From the NCBI GenBank assembly GCA_038881595.1, contig JAVZPM010000001.1, positions 19,562-83,561 on the forward strand: 64,000 nt of DNA, read 5' to 3'. Position 1 is the first letter of the stretch, and each line of letters begins with the position of its first letter. The position numbers and the translations under genes were made by a program. Below, piece by piece: positions 47,786 to 58,552 of the stretch. This stretch comes from Candidatus Micrarchaeia archaeon. Its GTDB lineage: Archaea; Micrarchaeota; Micrarchaeia; CABMEP01. A model generated the notes under the pieces. It ran no database searches and was not told where the DNA came from. It worked only from the letters and a program-made list of their open reading frames with translations.

Positions 47786-48616
47786 TCATCTTACATATTG
47801 TTTTAACCATGCTTCAATCTTGTTTAAGATGTAGTTTCTTGTTTTTCTATCTGAAAGCAACTCCATACCGTGCATCTCTCCATCCAAAAAATCAACACAT
47901 ATGTTTGGTGATCCACAGAGCTTCTGGATATGCTGGGTACTTACAAAAGAATATTGATCCCCTTTACTAGCAAAAATAAAAATTGGCACTTTTATGTCTG
48001 GGATGGAGTAATCTATTTTAACTCCTCTGTAATCTATACCTGGAGAAAGAAGTATTGCGGTTTTTATCTGTGGATCCATTGCCAAATAATTCAGTGCTAC
48101 ATTTGCACCTATACTTGCCCCAATTATACCTATTGCTTTTGTTTTGTGAGCTGCAAGAAATTCCTTTGCTGCTTTTGCATCATAAACCATATTTGCAAAG
48201 TCTTTAGATCTGAAAGATTGCCAATTCAATGCGCTACCGCCGTGCCCTCTATAATCGACTGCTACCGCTTTATATCCTAATTTGCATACAAATTGAGCTA
48301 AACTATCCATTGATTCTTTAGTCTTTCCTAAAACTGGAAGGAGTATTATTCCTTTATCAGTATTTGGAGTATCATAAAAGTTTAGTTTTATATCAACACC
48401 ATCTGGAGTTATTACTTCAAATTGCTTTGGTGAAATGCCCTTGCTTAGTTTTATTTGGCTTAAAATCTTTTTCTCTTTTAGATTCTTTATTTTTGGTAAT
48501 TTTGAAGAAATCTTAGCTCTTATATTCTTTATGATATGTTTTATCTTATGGTGCTTCTTCTTTGAATTATTCTTCTTTTTCCCCAATTTAATTTTTTTTA
48601 ATAATCCTTTTACCAT
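47786..48616 (-). CDS. Alpha/beta hydrolase (dienelactone hydrolase-like) with Lys-rich N-terminal extension
   Basis: GxSxG nucleophile elbow IGASIGAN, and HG motif VDYRGHGGS. Confidence 0.65.
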   Translation of the reverse strand: MVKGLLKKIKLGKKKNNSKKKHHKIKHIIKNIRAKISSKLPKIKNLKEKKILSQIKLSKGISPKQFEVITPDGVDIKLNFYDTPNTDKGIILLPVLGKTKESMDSLAQFVCKLGYKAVAVDYRGHGGSALNWQSFRSKDFANMVYDAKAAKEFLAAHKTKAIGIIGASIGANVALNYLAMDPQIKTAILLSPGIDYRGVKIDYSIPDIKVPIFIFASKGDQYSFVSTQHIQKLCGSPNICVDFLDGEMHGMELLSDRKTRNYILNKIEAWLKQYVR

Positions 48617-48669
48617 GATTTCACCCTAATATCGAATTACAGTTATAAAATGAAAATTAAAATTTACAG

Positions 48670-49896
48670 CTATTTTGAACCCAATAATTTCTCCAATCTA
48701 TCCATTGCTTCTTCTATCAACTTCATATTTGTTGCATAACTCAACCTTACAAATCCCTCACCTTTATAACCAAACTCTATACCAGGTATTGTAATTACCT
48801 TTACTTTGTCAAGTAACCAGAAAGAGAATTTCTCTGAAGAACCATCTTTATATAGGTATTTTTCCAATTCATCGAATCGTATTTTTGGAAATATATAGAA
48901 TGCACCTTCTGGAATTTTCTTAAGCTCAAATCCTTTTATTTCGTTTATTCTTTTAGTTATGAACCTTCTCCTTTTATCATACTCTCTTGTCATCTCTTTT
49001 ACACAACTCTGCGGTCCTTTAAGAGCTGCTAATGCTGCACGCTGGGAGATAGAAGATGCTGAAACTGATGTATAAAGATGAATTTTAGACATCTGAGATA
49101 TTAGTTTTTCGTGTCCTACTACATAACCTATTCTAAATCCTGCCATTGCATATGATTTTGAAAATGTGAAATTCGAAAGTACATACTCCTCCATTCCGTT
49201 AAGAGAAGCAATTGAAAAATGCTTTTTCCCATTAAAGACCAAATCCTCGTATGCCTCATCGCTTATTATCATGAGATTGTGCTCAACTGCAATATCTGCA
49301 AGTTCTTCGAGTTTTGATTTTGAGAATACTGATCCAGTTGGATTTGATGGAGAATTTATTATTATACCTTTTGTTCTTGGTGTTATCTTCTTTTTTATTT
49401 CATCTAAATTCAAATCAAACCCATCGTCTTCAAAAAGGTAATATGGAACGGGAACCACATCTACCGTTTCTAAAGTTGGACCATAAGTTGCAAAGCCAGG
49501 ATTTGGAATCAAAACTTTTTCAGTAGAATCAAATGAACATAACATAGAAAGAAGTAAAGATTCTGTTGAACCTGCAGTTACGCATATCTGTTTTGTTGGA
49601 TCGTCCAGCTTTATGTTGTTTTTTCTCCTCAGTTTCTTTCCAATTTCTTCTAAAAGATCAGGGTACCCTGCAGTAGGAGCATAATGAGTATAGTTATCAT
49701 CTAATGCCTTTTTTGCTGCTTCCTTGATATGCTTAGGAGTTTCGAAGTCTGGCTCTCCAGGGCCTAAAGATATTATATTCTTTCCTTTAAGCCCTATGAA
49801 CTTAGAAAAAATAGAATGAGGTAGATCTGAGATTCTCTCTGAAATAAAATGAATTTTAGAAATCAACTTTTTAGAATCAATGACCTTTTTTGGCAT
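48670..49896 (-). CDS. Class I/II pyridoxal-phosphate aminotransferase (aspartate aminotransferase-like)
   Basis: SPSNPTGSV ... FSKSYAMAGFRIGY (PLP lysine region). Start set at the internal MPKKV. Confidence 0.85.
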   Translation of the reverse strand: MPKKVIDSKKLISKIHFISERISDLPHSIFSKFIGLKGKNIISLGPGEPDFETPKHIKEAAKKALDDNYTHYAPTAGYPDLLEEIGKKLRRKNNIKLDDPTKQICVTAGSTESLLLSMLCSFDSTEKVLIPNPGFATYGPTLETVDVVPVPYYLFEDDGFDLNLDEIKKKITPRTKGIIINSPSNPTGSVFSKSKLEELADIAVEHNLMIISDEAYEDLVFNGKKHFSIASLNGMEEYVLSNFTFSKSYAMAGFRIGYVVGHEKLISQMSKIHLYTSVSASSISQRAALAALKGPQSCVKEMTREYDKRRRFITKRINEIKGFELKKIPEGAFYIFPKIRFDELEKYLYKDGSSEKFSFWLLDKVKVITIPGIEFGYKGEGFVRLSYATNMKLIEEAMDRLEKLLGSK

Positions 49897-49989
49897 AATT
49901 ATATTTATACGCAAAACTTTTATAACTGAGCGTTTAAGCATTACTATTGAAATGTTATTTTACATTTGCATTATGAATGAGGTGAATAC

Positions 49990-50193
49990 ATGACTGTATT
50001 AAAAGTAGTGGAATTGATCGGAACATCGAACAAATCGTTCGATGATGCATTAAGACAGGTTGTTAAAAGAGCATCGAAAACTATAAGGGGAATAACTGGA
50101 ATTCATATAGTAGATCAAAAGGTTCATTGTAATGAAAAAGGAGAAATAGAAGAATATAGGATAGTATGCAAAGTTGCATTCGTAGTAGAATGA
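49990..50193 (+). CDS. Dodecin (flavin-binding)
   Basis: A 67-aa protein with LKVVELIGTS ... VKVAFVVE, the dodecin family pattern. Confidence 0.7.
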   Translation: MTVLKVVELIGTSNKSFDDALRQVVKRASKTIRGITGIHIVDQKVHCNEKGEIEEYRIVCKVAFVVE

Positions 50194-50239
50194 CATTCTT
50201 TGGTGTCTTTTAATATATTAATTCTTTCTGTTTAAAGAA

Positions 50240-52015
50240 TTACTTTCTTGTAAGCCTAATTATCAAATCCAAAAGATCTATCTCCTGACCTGTCAATAGT
50301 GATTTGTATTTATCTCTTAGAATAAGGGCATCTTTTAATGGGACCTTTGTATAATACACTTCTCCTTCAAATATATGCCTTCCTATGGTTGGCTCATCCA
50401 TTGAAATTGCTGCCTGCTCCTTTTCTTTAAGCTCTGTCTTACTTTGTTTTTCTACCTGAATGCTCTTTATAGTTCCTATCTCTGTTCCATCTTCTTTTAT
50501 CAATGTATCTCCCTGCTTTATTCTTCCTATCAGAACCTCTATTCCAAATATCGCAGGCTTGCTTGACCTGAATGCATATCCCGGTATAAATCTAATCTTA
50601 GCAGGAAATGTATATTGTGAAACTGCCTCCTGCTGCTCTCTTTTTCTTTCTTCTTCTTTCCAAAGCTTGAGCTGATCGAGAAGAGAATATATTATGTTTG
50701 ACTTTATAATTCCAATTCCTTTCTGCTGACACTCTGTTTCAAGTTCTGAATCAACAGATACATTAAATGCAAGAATGACTCCAGAATACCTATCTTGTTG
50801 CCTTACAGAATATGCCTCTAGAACATCGGCCTTAGTAACTGGACCCACATCGGCTTTTCTTATCTTTGCTTCTATTGTTTTGTCAGATTCAAGAAGTTTT
50901 ATTATTGCCTCCAGAGAACCAAGCGTATCTGCTCTTACTATCATTCCTACATTCTCAGTCTTAATAAGAATCTCTTTTAGCTCCTCTTCTAATTCAGACT
51001 TTATTTTTTCTAAATCTGAATCCTTTCCAACTACATAAAGTGATGAACCTGGCAATGCATCTTCAAGATCTGGTGCAAATATCTTTATTCCAGAAGCTGC
51101 ATAAACTTCATCCACGTACATAAATCTATCTGACGCTTCTTTGACATCTCTCATCTCCATCAAAGGCTTTGGCTTAAGAAGGCCCCTTATTTTTGTTGTT
51201 TTTATTCCACTCTTAGTTGCAAATATTATTTCATCTCCTTTTCTTATTACTCCCTCATAAAGGATAACGTCTGCTGTTACTCCAAGACCTTTCTCGAATT
51301 TTACTTCCATTATGCTACATTTTCCAGGACCTAATTTTGATTCGAGCTGTGATTCAAGAAATTTCTGTGCAAGCCCTGAAATCATCATAAGAAGCTCTGG
51401 AATTCCCTCCTGAGTTTTTGCACTAACTGGTACTATTGCTACTGTTTTAGTAAAGTCTTTTACGCGATCAAATCTATCAGATTGAATATTAAATTTCGAA
51501 AGCTCTCCCACTAACTCATAAATCTTTGAATCTAATTCATTTTGAACTTCATGTCTTTGAGAAGGCAGAGATTCAAGGAAACATGATTTTTCTTTTGTCC
51601 TCCAACCAGTTATCAAATCTATCTTATTTGCAGCAACTATGAATGGAGTCCTATACTCCTTTAATATCTCAATTGCTTCTATTGTCTGCGGTTGAAATCC
51701 TTGAGCTATATCTACCACAAGTATTGCAATGTCAGCTATGCTTCCTCCTCTTTTCCTTAGATTTGTAAATGCTGCATGACCTGGAGTGTCTACAAAAAGT
51801 AACCCTGGAATAGTAAGGTTAATTTTCATGAATTTTGAAAGAGGGCTGCATCTCTCTTTTATAACAGAAACAGGTACCTCGCTTGCACCTATATGTTGAG
51901 TTATTGCCCCTGCTTCTCTTGATGCTATTGTAGTTGAACGAATGCTGTCAAGGATACTCGTTTTTCCGTGATCTACGTGACCTAAAACTGAAACTATTGG
52001 TTGTCTAAGTGGCAT
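50240..52015 (-). CDS. infB: Translation initiation factor aIF5B (IF-2)
   Basis: GTPase G1 VLGHVDHGKTS, DTPGH, NKID, and the C-terminal beta-barrel domains. 591 aa. Confidence 0.9.
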   Translation of the reverse strand: MPLRQPIVSVLGHVDHGKTSILDSIRSTTIASREAGAITQHIGASEVPVSVIKERCSPLSKFMKINLTIPGLLFVDTPGHAAFTNLRKRGGSIADIAILVVDIAQGFQPQTIEAIEILKEYRTPFIVAANKIDLITGWRTKEKSCFLESLPSQRHEVQNELDSKIYELVGELSKFNIQSDRFDRVKDFTKTVAIVPVSAKTQEGIPELLMMISGLAQKFLESQLESKLGPGKCSIMEVKFEKGLGVTADVILYEGVIRKGDEIIFATKSGIKTTKIRGLLKPKPLMEMRDVKEASDRFMYVDEVYAASGIKIFAPDLEDALPGSSLYVVGKDSDLEKIKSELEEELKEILIKTENVGMIVRADTLGSLEAIIKLLESDKTIEAKIRKADVGPVTKADVLEAYSVRQQDRYSGVILAFNVSVDSELETECQQKGIGIIKSNIIYSLLDQLKLWKEEERKREQQEAVSQYTFPAKIRFIPGYAFRSSKPAIFGIEVLIGRIKQGDTLIKEDGTEIGTIKSIQVEKQSKTELKEKEQAAISMDEPTIGRHIFEGEVYYTKVPLKDALILRDKYKSLLTGQEIDLLDLIIRLTRK

Positions 52016-52142
52016 ATAATCATCTTTATAATTGAAATAAATGAGGTATTGTTTTATTAAAATTATAGAAGGAAAAAGATATTAAATCTAAGTATCCAAT
52101 AATTAATGTTTTCTTATTAGCTTAATTTGGCAAAGTGATTAA

Positions 52143-53147
52143 ATGTATTATTTTATAACTGGAGCAAGTGGGAGATTAGGGATTGTTCTAACAAAGAAGC
52201 TGTACGAACGACACCAAAATTTGATACTGTTGGTGGCAAATGAAGAAGAGAAAAGAAAACTTCCACCTATGAAGGATGTGGAGATTATAGTGGGAGATAT
52301 AAACGATAGGAATGTAATAGAGAAAGGAGTTGCAAAGGCAGATGTAGTGGTGCATCTTGCTGGAATTATAGATTATAGTGGAAATTGGGAAATTCTTGAA
52401 AAGGTGAATATAAAAGGAACTAAAACCGTTGCTGAGGCATGTGCAAAATTTAACAAAAAACTCATATTTGCAAGTACAACTGGAGTATATGGAAAGAAGC
52501 CTTTAGAAAATCCTGTAACTGAAAAAACACCTACAAATCCTACTGATTTATATGCAAAATCAAAACTTGAAGCTGAAAGAGTTGTTAATTCTTACTATGG
52601 CTCATTTCCTTACATAATTCTAAGAATTGGTGTTATGTACGGTAAAACTTATTATAAAACATATGCAAGAGTAGTAAAGATGATAGATAAAGGAATGATG
52701 CCTATTTTTGGAGATGGAAAAAATGTAATTCCATTTGTACATGCAGAGGATGTTGCTGAAGCAATAATACTTGCATCTAGATCAAACATAAGCAATGCAA
52801 CATTCAATATAGTAGAGAATAGAACAATGACTCAAGAAAGAATATATTCTTATGTTGCAGAGTTACTTGGAAAGAAATATTCTCCATTTAGAATCCCACC
52901 AACAATTGGAAAGATCCTAACAATAGCCTCACCTATAAGCAGTGAAGACATAAATGTGTTGGCTTCCCATAGGGTTTTTGATACAGAAAGGGCGAATAAA
53001 GCACTTGGTTGGACGCCTGCGATACCTTTAATGCAAGGGATAAAGGAAATAGTAGATATTTATAAATCTAAAAATACTAATAAGATAGAAAAAACCAAAA
53101 AAGATGAATTAGAAAAAGAGGATTATAAAGAGTCGGAGGTAATTTAA
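52143..53147 (+). CDS. NAD-dependent epimerase/dehydratase (SDR family)
   Basis: Rossmann ITGASGRLG and the YxxxK region. Confidence 0.8.
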   Translation: MYYFITGASGRLGIVLTKKLYERHQNLILLVANEEEKRKLPPMKDVEIIVGDINDRNVIEKGVAKADVVVHLAGIIDYSGNWEILEKVNIKGTKTVAEACAKFNKKLIFASTTGVYGKKPLENPVTEKTPTNPTDLYAKSKLEAERVVNSYYGSFPYIILRIGVMYGKTYYKTYARVVKMIDKGMMPIFGDGKNVIPFVHAEDVAEAIILASRSNISNATFNIVENRTMTQERIYSYVAELLGKKYSPFRIPPTIGKILTIASPISSEDINVLASHRVFDTERANKALGWTPAIPLMQGIKEIVDIYKSKNTNKIEKTKKDELEKEDYKESEVI

Positions 53148-53903
53148 ATGAAATATGAAGTTGAAAAATACATCAAAGAAAGATTAAACAAAAAAGAGAA
53201 ACTTCTGTTTGCATTGATAGATCCACTAGATTATAACGATATAGAGCATGCAATAAAAACAGCTATTGCTGCAGCAGAAGGTGGGGCAGCAGTGATACTT
53301 GTAGGCGGTTCGATAGGGGTTCAAGGAGAGCTTCTCGATATGGTTGTAAAGAAGATTAAGGAAAAGGTAAAGGTTCCTGTTGTCTTGTTCCCAGGAAACA
53401 TTGCAACCCTTACTAAATATGCAGATGCAGTATATTTCATGTCTCTTCTTAATTCCAGAAATCCTTATTGGATAAGCCAGGCACAGATGCTTGCGTCACC
53501 GGTTATAAAGCAGATGGGAATAGAACCTCTCTCCATTGGATACATTGTTGTTGAACCAGGTGGTTCTGTAGGTTGGGTGGGGGATGTTAATCTTGTGCCT
53601 CGTGACAAACCCAAGATAGGAGCTGCACTAGCACTAGCTGGCGAATATCTTGGATCAAAGTTCATACTTATGGATGTAGGGTCGGCATCTAAAGTAGGAC
53701 ATGTTCCTCTTGAAATGATATCTATGGTAAAGAAAACAATAGGTATTCCGCTTATAATTGCAGGTGGAATAAAAACTCCTGAGGAAGCTGAAAATGTTGT
53801 TAATGCTGGCGCAGATATCATACAAATTGGAACAATATTAGAAAAGAGTGATGATCCAAAGAAGCTTTGCCAAGAAATAATTAAAAGAATAAATAAAAAG
53901 TAG
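53148..53903 (+). CDS. Geranylgeranylglyceryl phosphate synthase (PcrB family)
   Basis: TIM-barrel motifs ILVGGSIGV, FPGNIATL, IIAGGGIKT. Involved in archaeal ether lipid synthesis. Confidence 0.8.
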   Translation: MKYEVEKYIKERLNKKEKLLFALIDPLDYNDIEHAIKTAIAAAEGGAAVILVGGSIGVQGELLDMVVKKIKEKVKVPVVLFPGNIATLTKYADAVYFMSLLNSRNPYWISQAQMLASPVIKQMGIEPLSIGYIVVEPGGSVGWVGDVNLVPRDKPKIGAALALAGEYLGSKFILMDVGSASKVGHVPLEMISMVKKTIGIPLIIAGGIKTPEEAENVVNAGADIIQIGTILEKSDDPKKLCQEIIKRINKK

Positions 53904-53930
53904 TACATAGAAAATTAAGAGGCAGATTGG

Positions 53931-55145
53931 ATGCTTATAACAACTTATGAAGCAATAGCAAGGTTAATCATTGCAGCTGCAATCGGAACTCTAATTGGAT
54001 TAGAAAGAAAGAGGACGACAAAAAACCATATAGACATAAAGACGTTTTCTTTCTCAGCTATCTTTGGCTGTATAAGTGCAATGTCCATCCTCTTTGAAAT
54101 TCCATTCTCTGAGTTCTTTCCATTGCTTGGATTTATAATGGTGCTTGCACTTACATATGATTTACTAAAAAATGCAGAAAATAAAAACAGCTCAGATAAA
54201 ATCAGTTCTTACCTGATGCCAATTCTTTTCCTTTCTGGACTAATGGTTGGAAGTGGACTTGTATGGGAAGCCACTGCATCTGCATTTTTAATTGTCGGAA
54301 CTCTTGCTATTGGAAAAAAATTAGAAAAAACAGTTGAGCTTTTAAGTGATGAAGAGATAAGTGAATTAATCCAGATAGGGATAATACTATTCATCCTATT
54401 TCCAATATTGCCACCAAAACCAATTGAGATTTATGGAATAAGCTTAGATTTATTTCTAGTTTTTGCATTTCTTCTGATTGTAACGCTATTGAATTTCTTT
54501 GCATTCTTAGCTTACAGGATTTTTAGAAGAGAAAATGTAAGTGTAACTGGTTTCATCGGAGGAATAATAAACTCAACATATTCAATATATCAATTAAATA
54601 AAACAAAGCAGGGAATAAGTAGCGAAGGTGTGATATCTGCTATGCTTGGAAGCATACTTAGAAATAGTCTGCTTGTAGTAATAGTGATGAATGAAATGAT
54701 TAATAAGGTTCTTCCCTTGTTTGCTCTTATAGCAGGTATGTTTATTTTGCTTGTTTTAAAGGAAAGAACAACCAAAAAGAAGAAATATACTATTGAAAAA
54801 CCAATAACTGTAATAAACAGTGCATATGCAACTCTTTTCTTAATAGCTTCATTGATTTTATTTCAATTAAGTGCAAAGAATTTTCCTCAATTCCTACCAA
54901 TCGTTTCATTCATTGCTTCAACCATAAGCAGTGGATATACTATGCTTTCTTTGGGAAGTGTGTATACTACCATAACTCAAAAAGAGCTCCTTCTCTCAAT
55001 AGCAACTGCAATAATTGGAAGCTTTGCGACATCTACAATAACTGCGTTCTTACTGAATAGAGAGGTAGGTAAAAAAACTCTTAAATATTCATTACTTGCA
55101 ACTTTTTTACTTTTAGCATACTTAATTATAGCAAATGCTTTATAA
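53931..55145 (+). CDS. MgtC/SapB-family membrane protein with extended C-terminal TM domain
   Basis: N-terminal AAAIGTLIGLERKRT (MgtC motif) followed by ~10 TM helices. Confidence 0.6.
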   Translation: MLITTYEAIARLIIAAAIGTLIGLERKRTTKNHIDIKTFSFSAIFGCISAMSILFEIPFSEFFPLLGFIMVLALTYDLLKNAENKNSSDKISSYLMPILFLSGLMVGSGLVWEATASAFLIVGTLAIGKKLEKTVELLSDEEISELIQIGIILFILFPILPPKPIEIYGISLDLFLVFAFLLIVTLLNFFAFLAYRIFRRENVSVTGFIGGIINSTYSIYQLNKTKQGISSEGVISAMLGSILRNSLLVVIVMNEMINKVLPLFALIAGMFILLVLKERTTKKKKYTIEKPITVINSAYATLFLIASLILFQLSAKNFPQFLPIVSFIASTISSGYTMLSLGSVYTTITQKELLLSIATAIIGSFATSTITAFLLNREVGKKTLKYSLLATFLLLAYLIIANAL

Positions 55146-55156
55146 AAAGGTAGGAA

Positions 55157-55930
55157 TTAGAGAAGTGGCTTTTGGATTGCTGTAGAAATTGGTCTTTTGA
55201 TATCTTCTAATGGAAGCTTTTCCTGGACTATACTCTCTTCCCTCTTTCTTTTTTCTATTATCCTCTTCAGAAGATTGTTTGCCTTTCTTGTGACATTTCT
55301 AACATAGTTCTCATTCTTAAGGAAATCAGTATTTGCATCTATCCATATTGTAGGTATTTTTTCTGAAAGAGTACGAAATTCCTGCCTATATTCATTTATT
55401 AATCTTCCCCAATAGTCATAATCTAATGCTTCTCCTGTCTTTCTCTTTTTTAGCCTTTCATTTAAGCAAGTATCTACGTTTATATCTAAAAATATTATTC
55501 CATCTGGTTCTTTAATTCCATATATTTTCATTATAGAATCTCTGTGCCTACAATACTCATTAAATGCTTCTTTACTCAATTTTCCCATTTCATAAAGATT
55601 CCTAGCAAATAAAAGATCGCCATAAATTGACCTGTCTTCAAGAGCGATACCTGGATATGATTTAATATTCATATTTGTTACAAATCTTGCATTAAGATAA
55701 AACATTTGAGAAGCATAAGCAAAAGATTCTTTCATCCCACTCTCATAGAAATCCTTCAAGAAAGGATTCTGATCTGCTCTTTCCCTAAAAAATTTAACTT
55801 CTGGCACTCCCTCTGGGAATTCGATTCCTCTTGTAAATGAGAATACAAGTGGTGGCTTTTCTAAAAGAGATCCTAAGTCTGTTTTTCCACTTCCAGATAT
55901 TCCTTCTATAGCGATATGAATAAATGCCAT
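55157..55930 (-). CDS. Deoxynucleoside kinase family P-loop kinase, paralog 1
   Basis: IAIEGISGSGKT, ERSIYGD, and the lid LKKRKTGEALDYDYW. Start set at the internal MAFIHIA. Confidence 0.7.
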   Translation of the reverse strand: MAFIHIAIEGISGSGKTDLGSLLEKPPLVFSFTRGIEFPEGVPEVKFFRERADQNPFLKDFYESGMKESFAYASQMFYLNARFVTNMNIKSYPGIALEDRSIYGDLLFARNLYEMGKLSKEAFNEYCRHRDSIMKIYGIKEPDGIIFLDINVDTCLNERLKKRKTGEALDYDYWGRLINEYRQEFRTLSEKIPTIWIDANTDFLKNENYVRNVTRKANNLLKRIIEKRKREESIVQEKLPLEDIKRPISTAIQKPLL

Positions 55931-56016
55931 AAAAACCAAATAGATAAATTTACAAAAAAAATATAAATCATTTGAAGCCATTCTGCTATTAATTTATTAA
56001 TATTCTTTAATTTTAT

Positions 56017-56763
56017 TTATTGATCTTTATTTCTTATTTTCCATCCTTGCATTTGCAATGACTTAATTATTCGTTCTTCTATCTGAAGATGAAACCTCTT
56101 CAAATCCTCATCACTCATATCGTTATTTGCATCTATTCTTAACAATCTATGCCCGTACATTGGAACCATATCAGGTAGAATTTCATCAATCAATCTTTGA
56201 TAAAGATAATATAGATTATTTAAATAAGTGATATCGATCCCTCTCTCCGATTTCCTTCCTCTTTCTTTTATTCTCTTTAATGCAACTTCAGGTTTAACAT
56301 CTAGATACACAAAAACATTTACAGGTGGAATTTTATTTTTTAGATATTGATATGTAGCAGAATAACTTTGGTAGAATGATTTTGCAATCTTACTGTTTGG
56401 ATCACCAAATATACCTGATTTATAATCGTTCTCAAAAAAAACAAACCTATTTTCTTCTGGAATTCTTTCGACAAGAACGATTCCGTTTTCCTTTGATGCC
56501 TGAAGCATTTGATCTACTCTTGCGCTTAGCATTGCTATCTCTGCAGCGAAACATGTATATTTATCATTTCTTTTGAGTGCGGGATAAAAAACAGAAGCAG
56601 CAATGTTCTTCACTTGTTTTGATTCTTCATATACTTTCAATTCACCAGGGGTTACTAGCATCGATGGAAGTTGAGAGCTGAATCTCCTTTTTTTCATTGA
56701 CTTAATGAATTCAGACTTTCCTATTCCAATTCCTCCCATTACACCTATTATTACTTCCGCCAT
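56017..56763 (-). CDS. Deoxynucleoside kinase-like P-loop kinase, paralog 2
   Basis: GGIGIGKSE P-loop, VERIPEEN, and Arg-rich lid RIKERGRKSERG. Confidence 0.6.
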   Translation of the reverse strand: MAEVIIGVMGGIGIGKSEFIKSMKKRRFSSQLPSMLVTPGELKVYEESKQVKNIAASVFYPALKRNDKYTCFAAEIAMLSARVDQMLQASKENGIVLVERIPEENRFVFFENDYKSGIFGDPNSKIAKSFYQSYSATYQYLKNKIPPVNVFVYLDVKPEVALKRIKERGRKSERGIDITYLNNLYYLYQRLIDEILPDMVPMYGHRLLRIDANNDMSDEDLKRFHLQIEERIIKSLQMQGWKIRNKDQ

Positions 56764-56787
56764 TCCAACACGCTCCTATATTTAAAA

Positions 56788-57543
56788 TTATTTTTGTCTA
56801 TATATGGATTTTGAATTGCTATAAAAACCTCTTTTCATCAGAAGTCTATGCGCTCTCTCTTCTATATAATTATGAAAACGAATTAAATCTTTGGGACTAA
56901 AATCTCTATCTGCGTCAATTATTAAGATAACATCCCTATAATTTGGAATCTCTTTCGGAATCTCTTCATTTATCATATTCTCATAGTAGGTATGTAACTG
57001 CCTTATGTAATCTAATGTAAGTCCTGATTCACTTGGTAGGCCTCCTGTTCCTCTTCTTATCTCATCCATTCTTCTCTTATATGCAGTCTCAGGTCTAGTG
57101 TAGAGGTAAATCAGTAAATCAGGAGGAGATACTGATCTCATGCTATATTCATATTCCCTTTTATATATCTCATAATGTTCCTTTAACAGAAGGCCTGATT
57201 GATTAAGGTTTGCTACGAATACGTATCTATCTTCGTAAGGACATCTCTCATTGAAAACTATTCCTCCTTGCCTCATGTTTGCCTGCATCTGCCTTATCCT
57301 TGCCTTTAATATGTCTAATTCTGCAACAAACAGCATATCCTTATTCTTTTCTCTCAATGCTGGATAGAACTTCTTATCCACAATCTCTAAAACTTCTGGA
57401 GACTCTTTCTCCACCTTTATCTCTCCAGGCATGCTTAAAAGAGGGAGAAGTCTAAAGCCTGTTTTCTTCTCTTCAAGTGTCTTTAAAAAAGTAGATTTCC
57501 CTGAACCTATATTTCCAACAACAATAACAGTTATCTCTGCCAT
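56788..57543 (-). CDS. Deoxynucleoside kinase-like P-loop kinase, paralog 3
   Basis: GNIGSGKST, NERCPYEDRYVF, and lid YKRRMDEIRRGTGG. Confidence 0.65.
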   Translation of the reverse strand: MAEITVIVVGNIGSGKSTFLKTLEEKKTGFRLLPLLSMPGEIKVEKESPEVLEIVDKKFYPALREKNKDMLFVAELDILKARIRQMQANMRQGGIVFNERCPYEDRYVFVANLNQSGLLLKEHYEIYKREYEYSMRSVSPPDLLIYLYTRPETAYKRRMDEIRRGTGGLPSESGLTLDYIRQLHTYYENMINEEIPKEIPNYRDVILIIDADRDFSPKDLIRFHNYIEERAHRLLMKRGFYSNSKSIYRQK

Positions 57544-57630
57544 AATATCACTAATAAGCTAATATCAAATAGCAAATAATGATGATATAAAATTAAGCAA
57601 AAATAGTATTTATACTTTATCATTCAATGT

Positions 57631-58552
57631 CTATTTAATAAAAGAATTTATGGCTTCTGCTATTTTGTCATCTGTAAGTAAGACATAATTTTCCAAATTT
57701 TTTGCGGCAGGAATTGGAAACTCTTTCGCATGTAGTATTTTTACCTTTGCATTTGAGTTTTCATTTACTATAGATGCAACTTTAGATGCAACAAATCCAA
57801 TACCATCTTCTATTATAAGAATTTTTTTTTGTTTTTTTACTAATTGCAATTATAGATTCTTTATCTAAAGGATTTAAAGATCTTAAGTCGAGCAATTCTA
57901 CATCCATATCTTTAATTATTCTCTCAACAATTGGAACTATTCTTCCATATGTAATAATTCCTAGCTTTTTACCTTTCTGCCTTATCTTAGCCTTTCCGAA
58001 TGGTACTAATTCTGATGTAATCTCTCCTTCCATATTATGTAAAAGTTTATGTTCAATAAATAAAGTAGGATCATTCTGATTTAGTGCATATTTCATAAGC
58101 CCTGCTGCATCATCTGGATTTGAAGGATATACAACATTAAGTCCTGGACACATAAAAATATGTTCTAAATTCTGCGAATGAGTTGCACCATATCCTCTAT
58201 GAGAAGATAGAACTCCTCTTATAATTAAAGGAACATTAAAATCTCCATTAGAAAGAGCTTTTATTTTCGCAGCGTGGTTAATTATGGGATCAGCTGCACA
58301 AAGTAGAAAATCAAAGAAAGTAAATTCTATTATTGGTCTCATTCCATTCATCGCTGCCCCGATTCCTATACCAACAGTTGCTGCTTCTGAAATGGGTGTG
58401 TTTATTATTCTATCTTTAAATCTTTTATCTAGCCCTTTAAATAACCCAGAGGAACCTCCCCACTCTCTAACATCTTGTCCCATTACAATTATTTTATCAT
58501 TATTTTCCATTTCATTTATTATTACATTTCTAATTGCATCAATATATCTCAT
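57631..58552 (-). pseudogene. 2-oxoacid (pyruvate/acetoin) dehydrogenase E1 beta subunit, interrupted by a frameshift in an A/T homopolymer (~57822-57840)
   Basis: ORF 57782-58552 has the E1-beta pyrimidine-binding domain. ORF 57631-57849 continues the transketolase-C domain (ILIIEDGIGFVAS ...). The join falls within AAAAAAACAAAAAAAAA on the coding strand. Confidence 0.7.
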
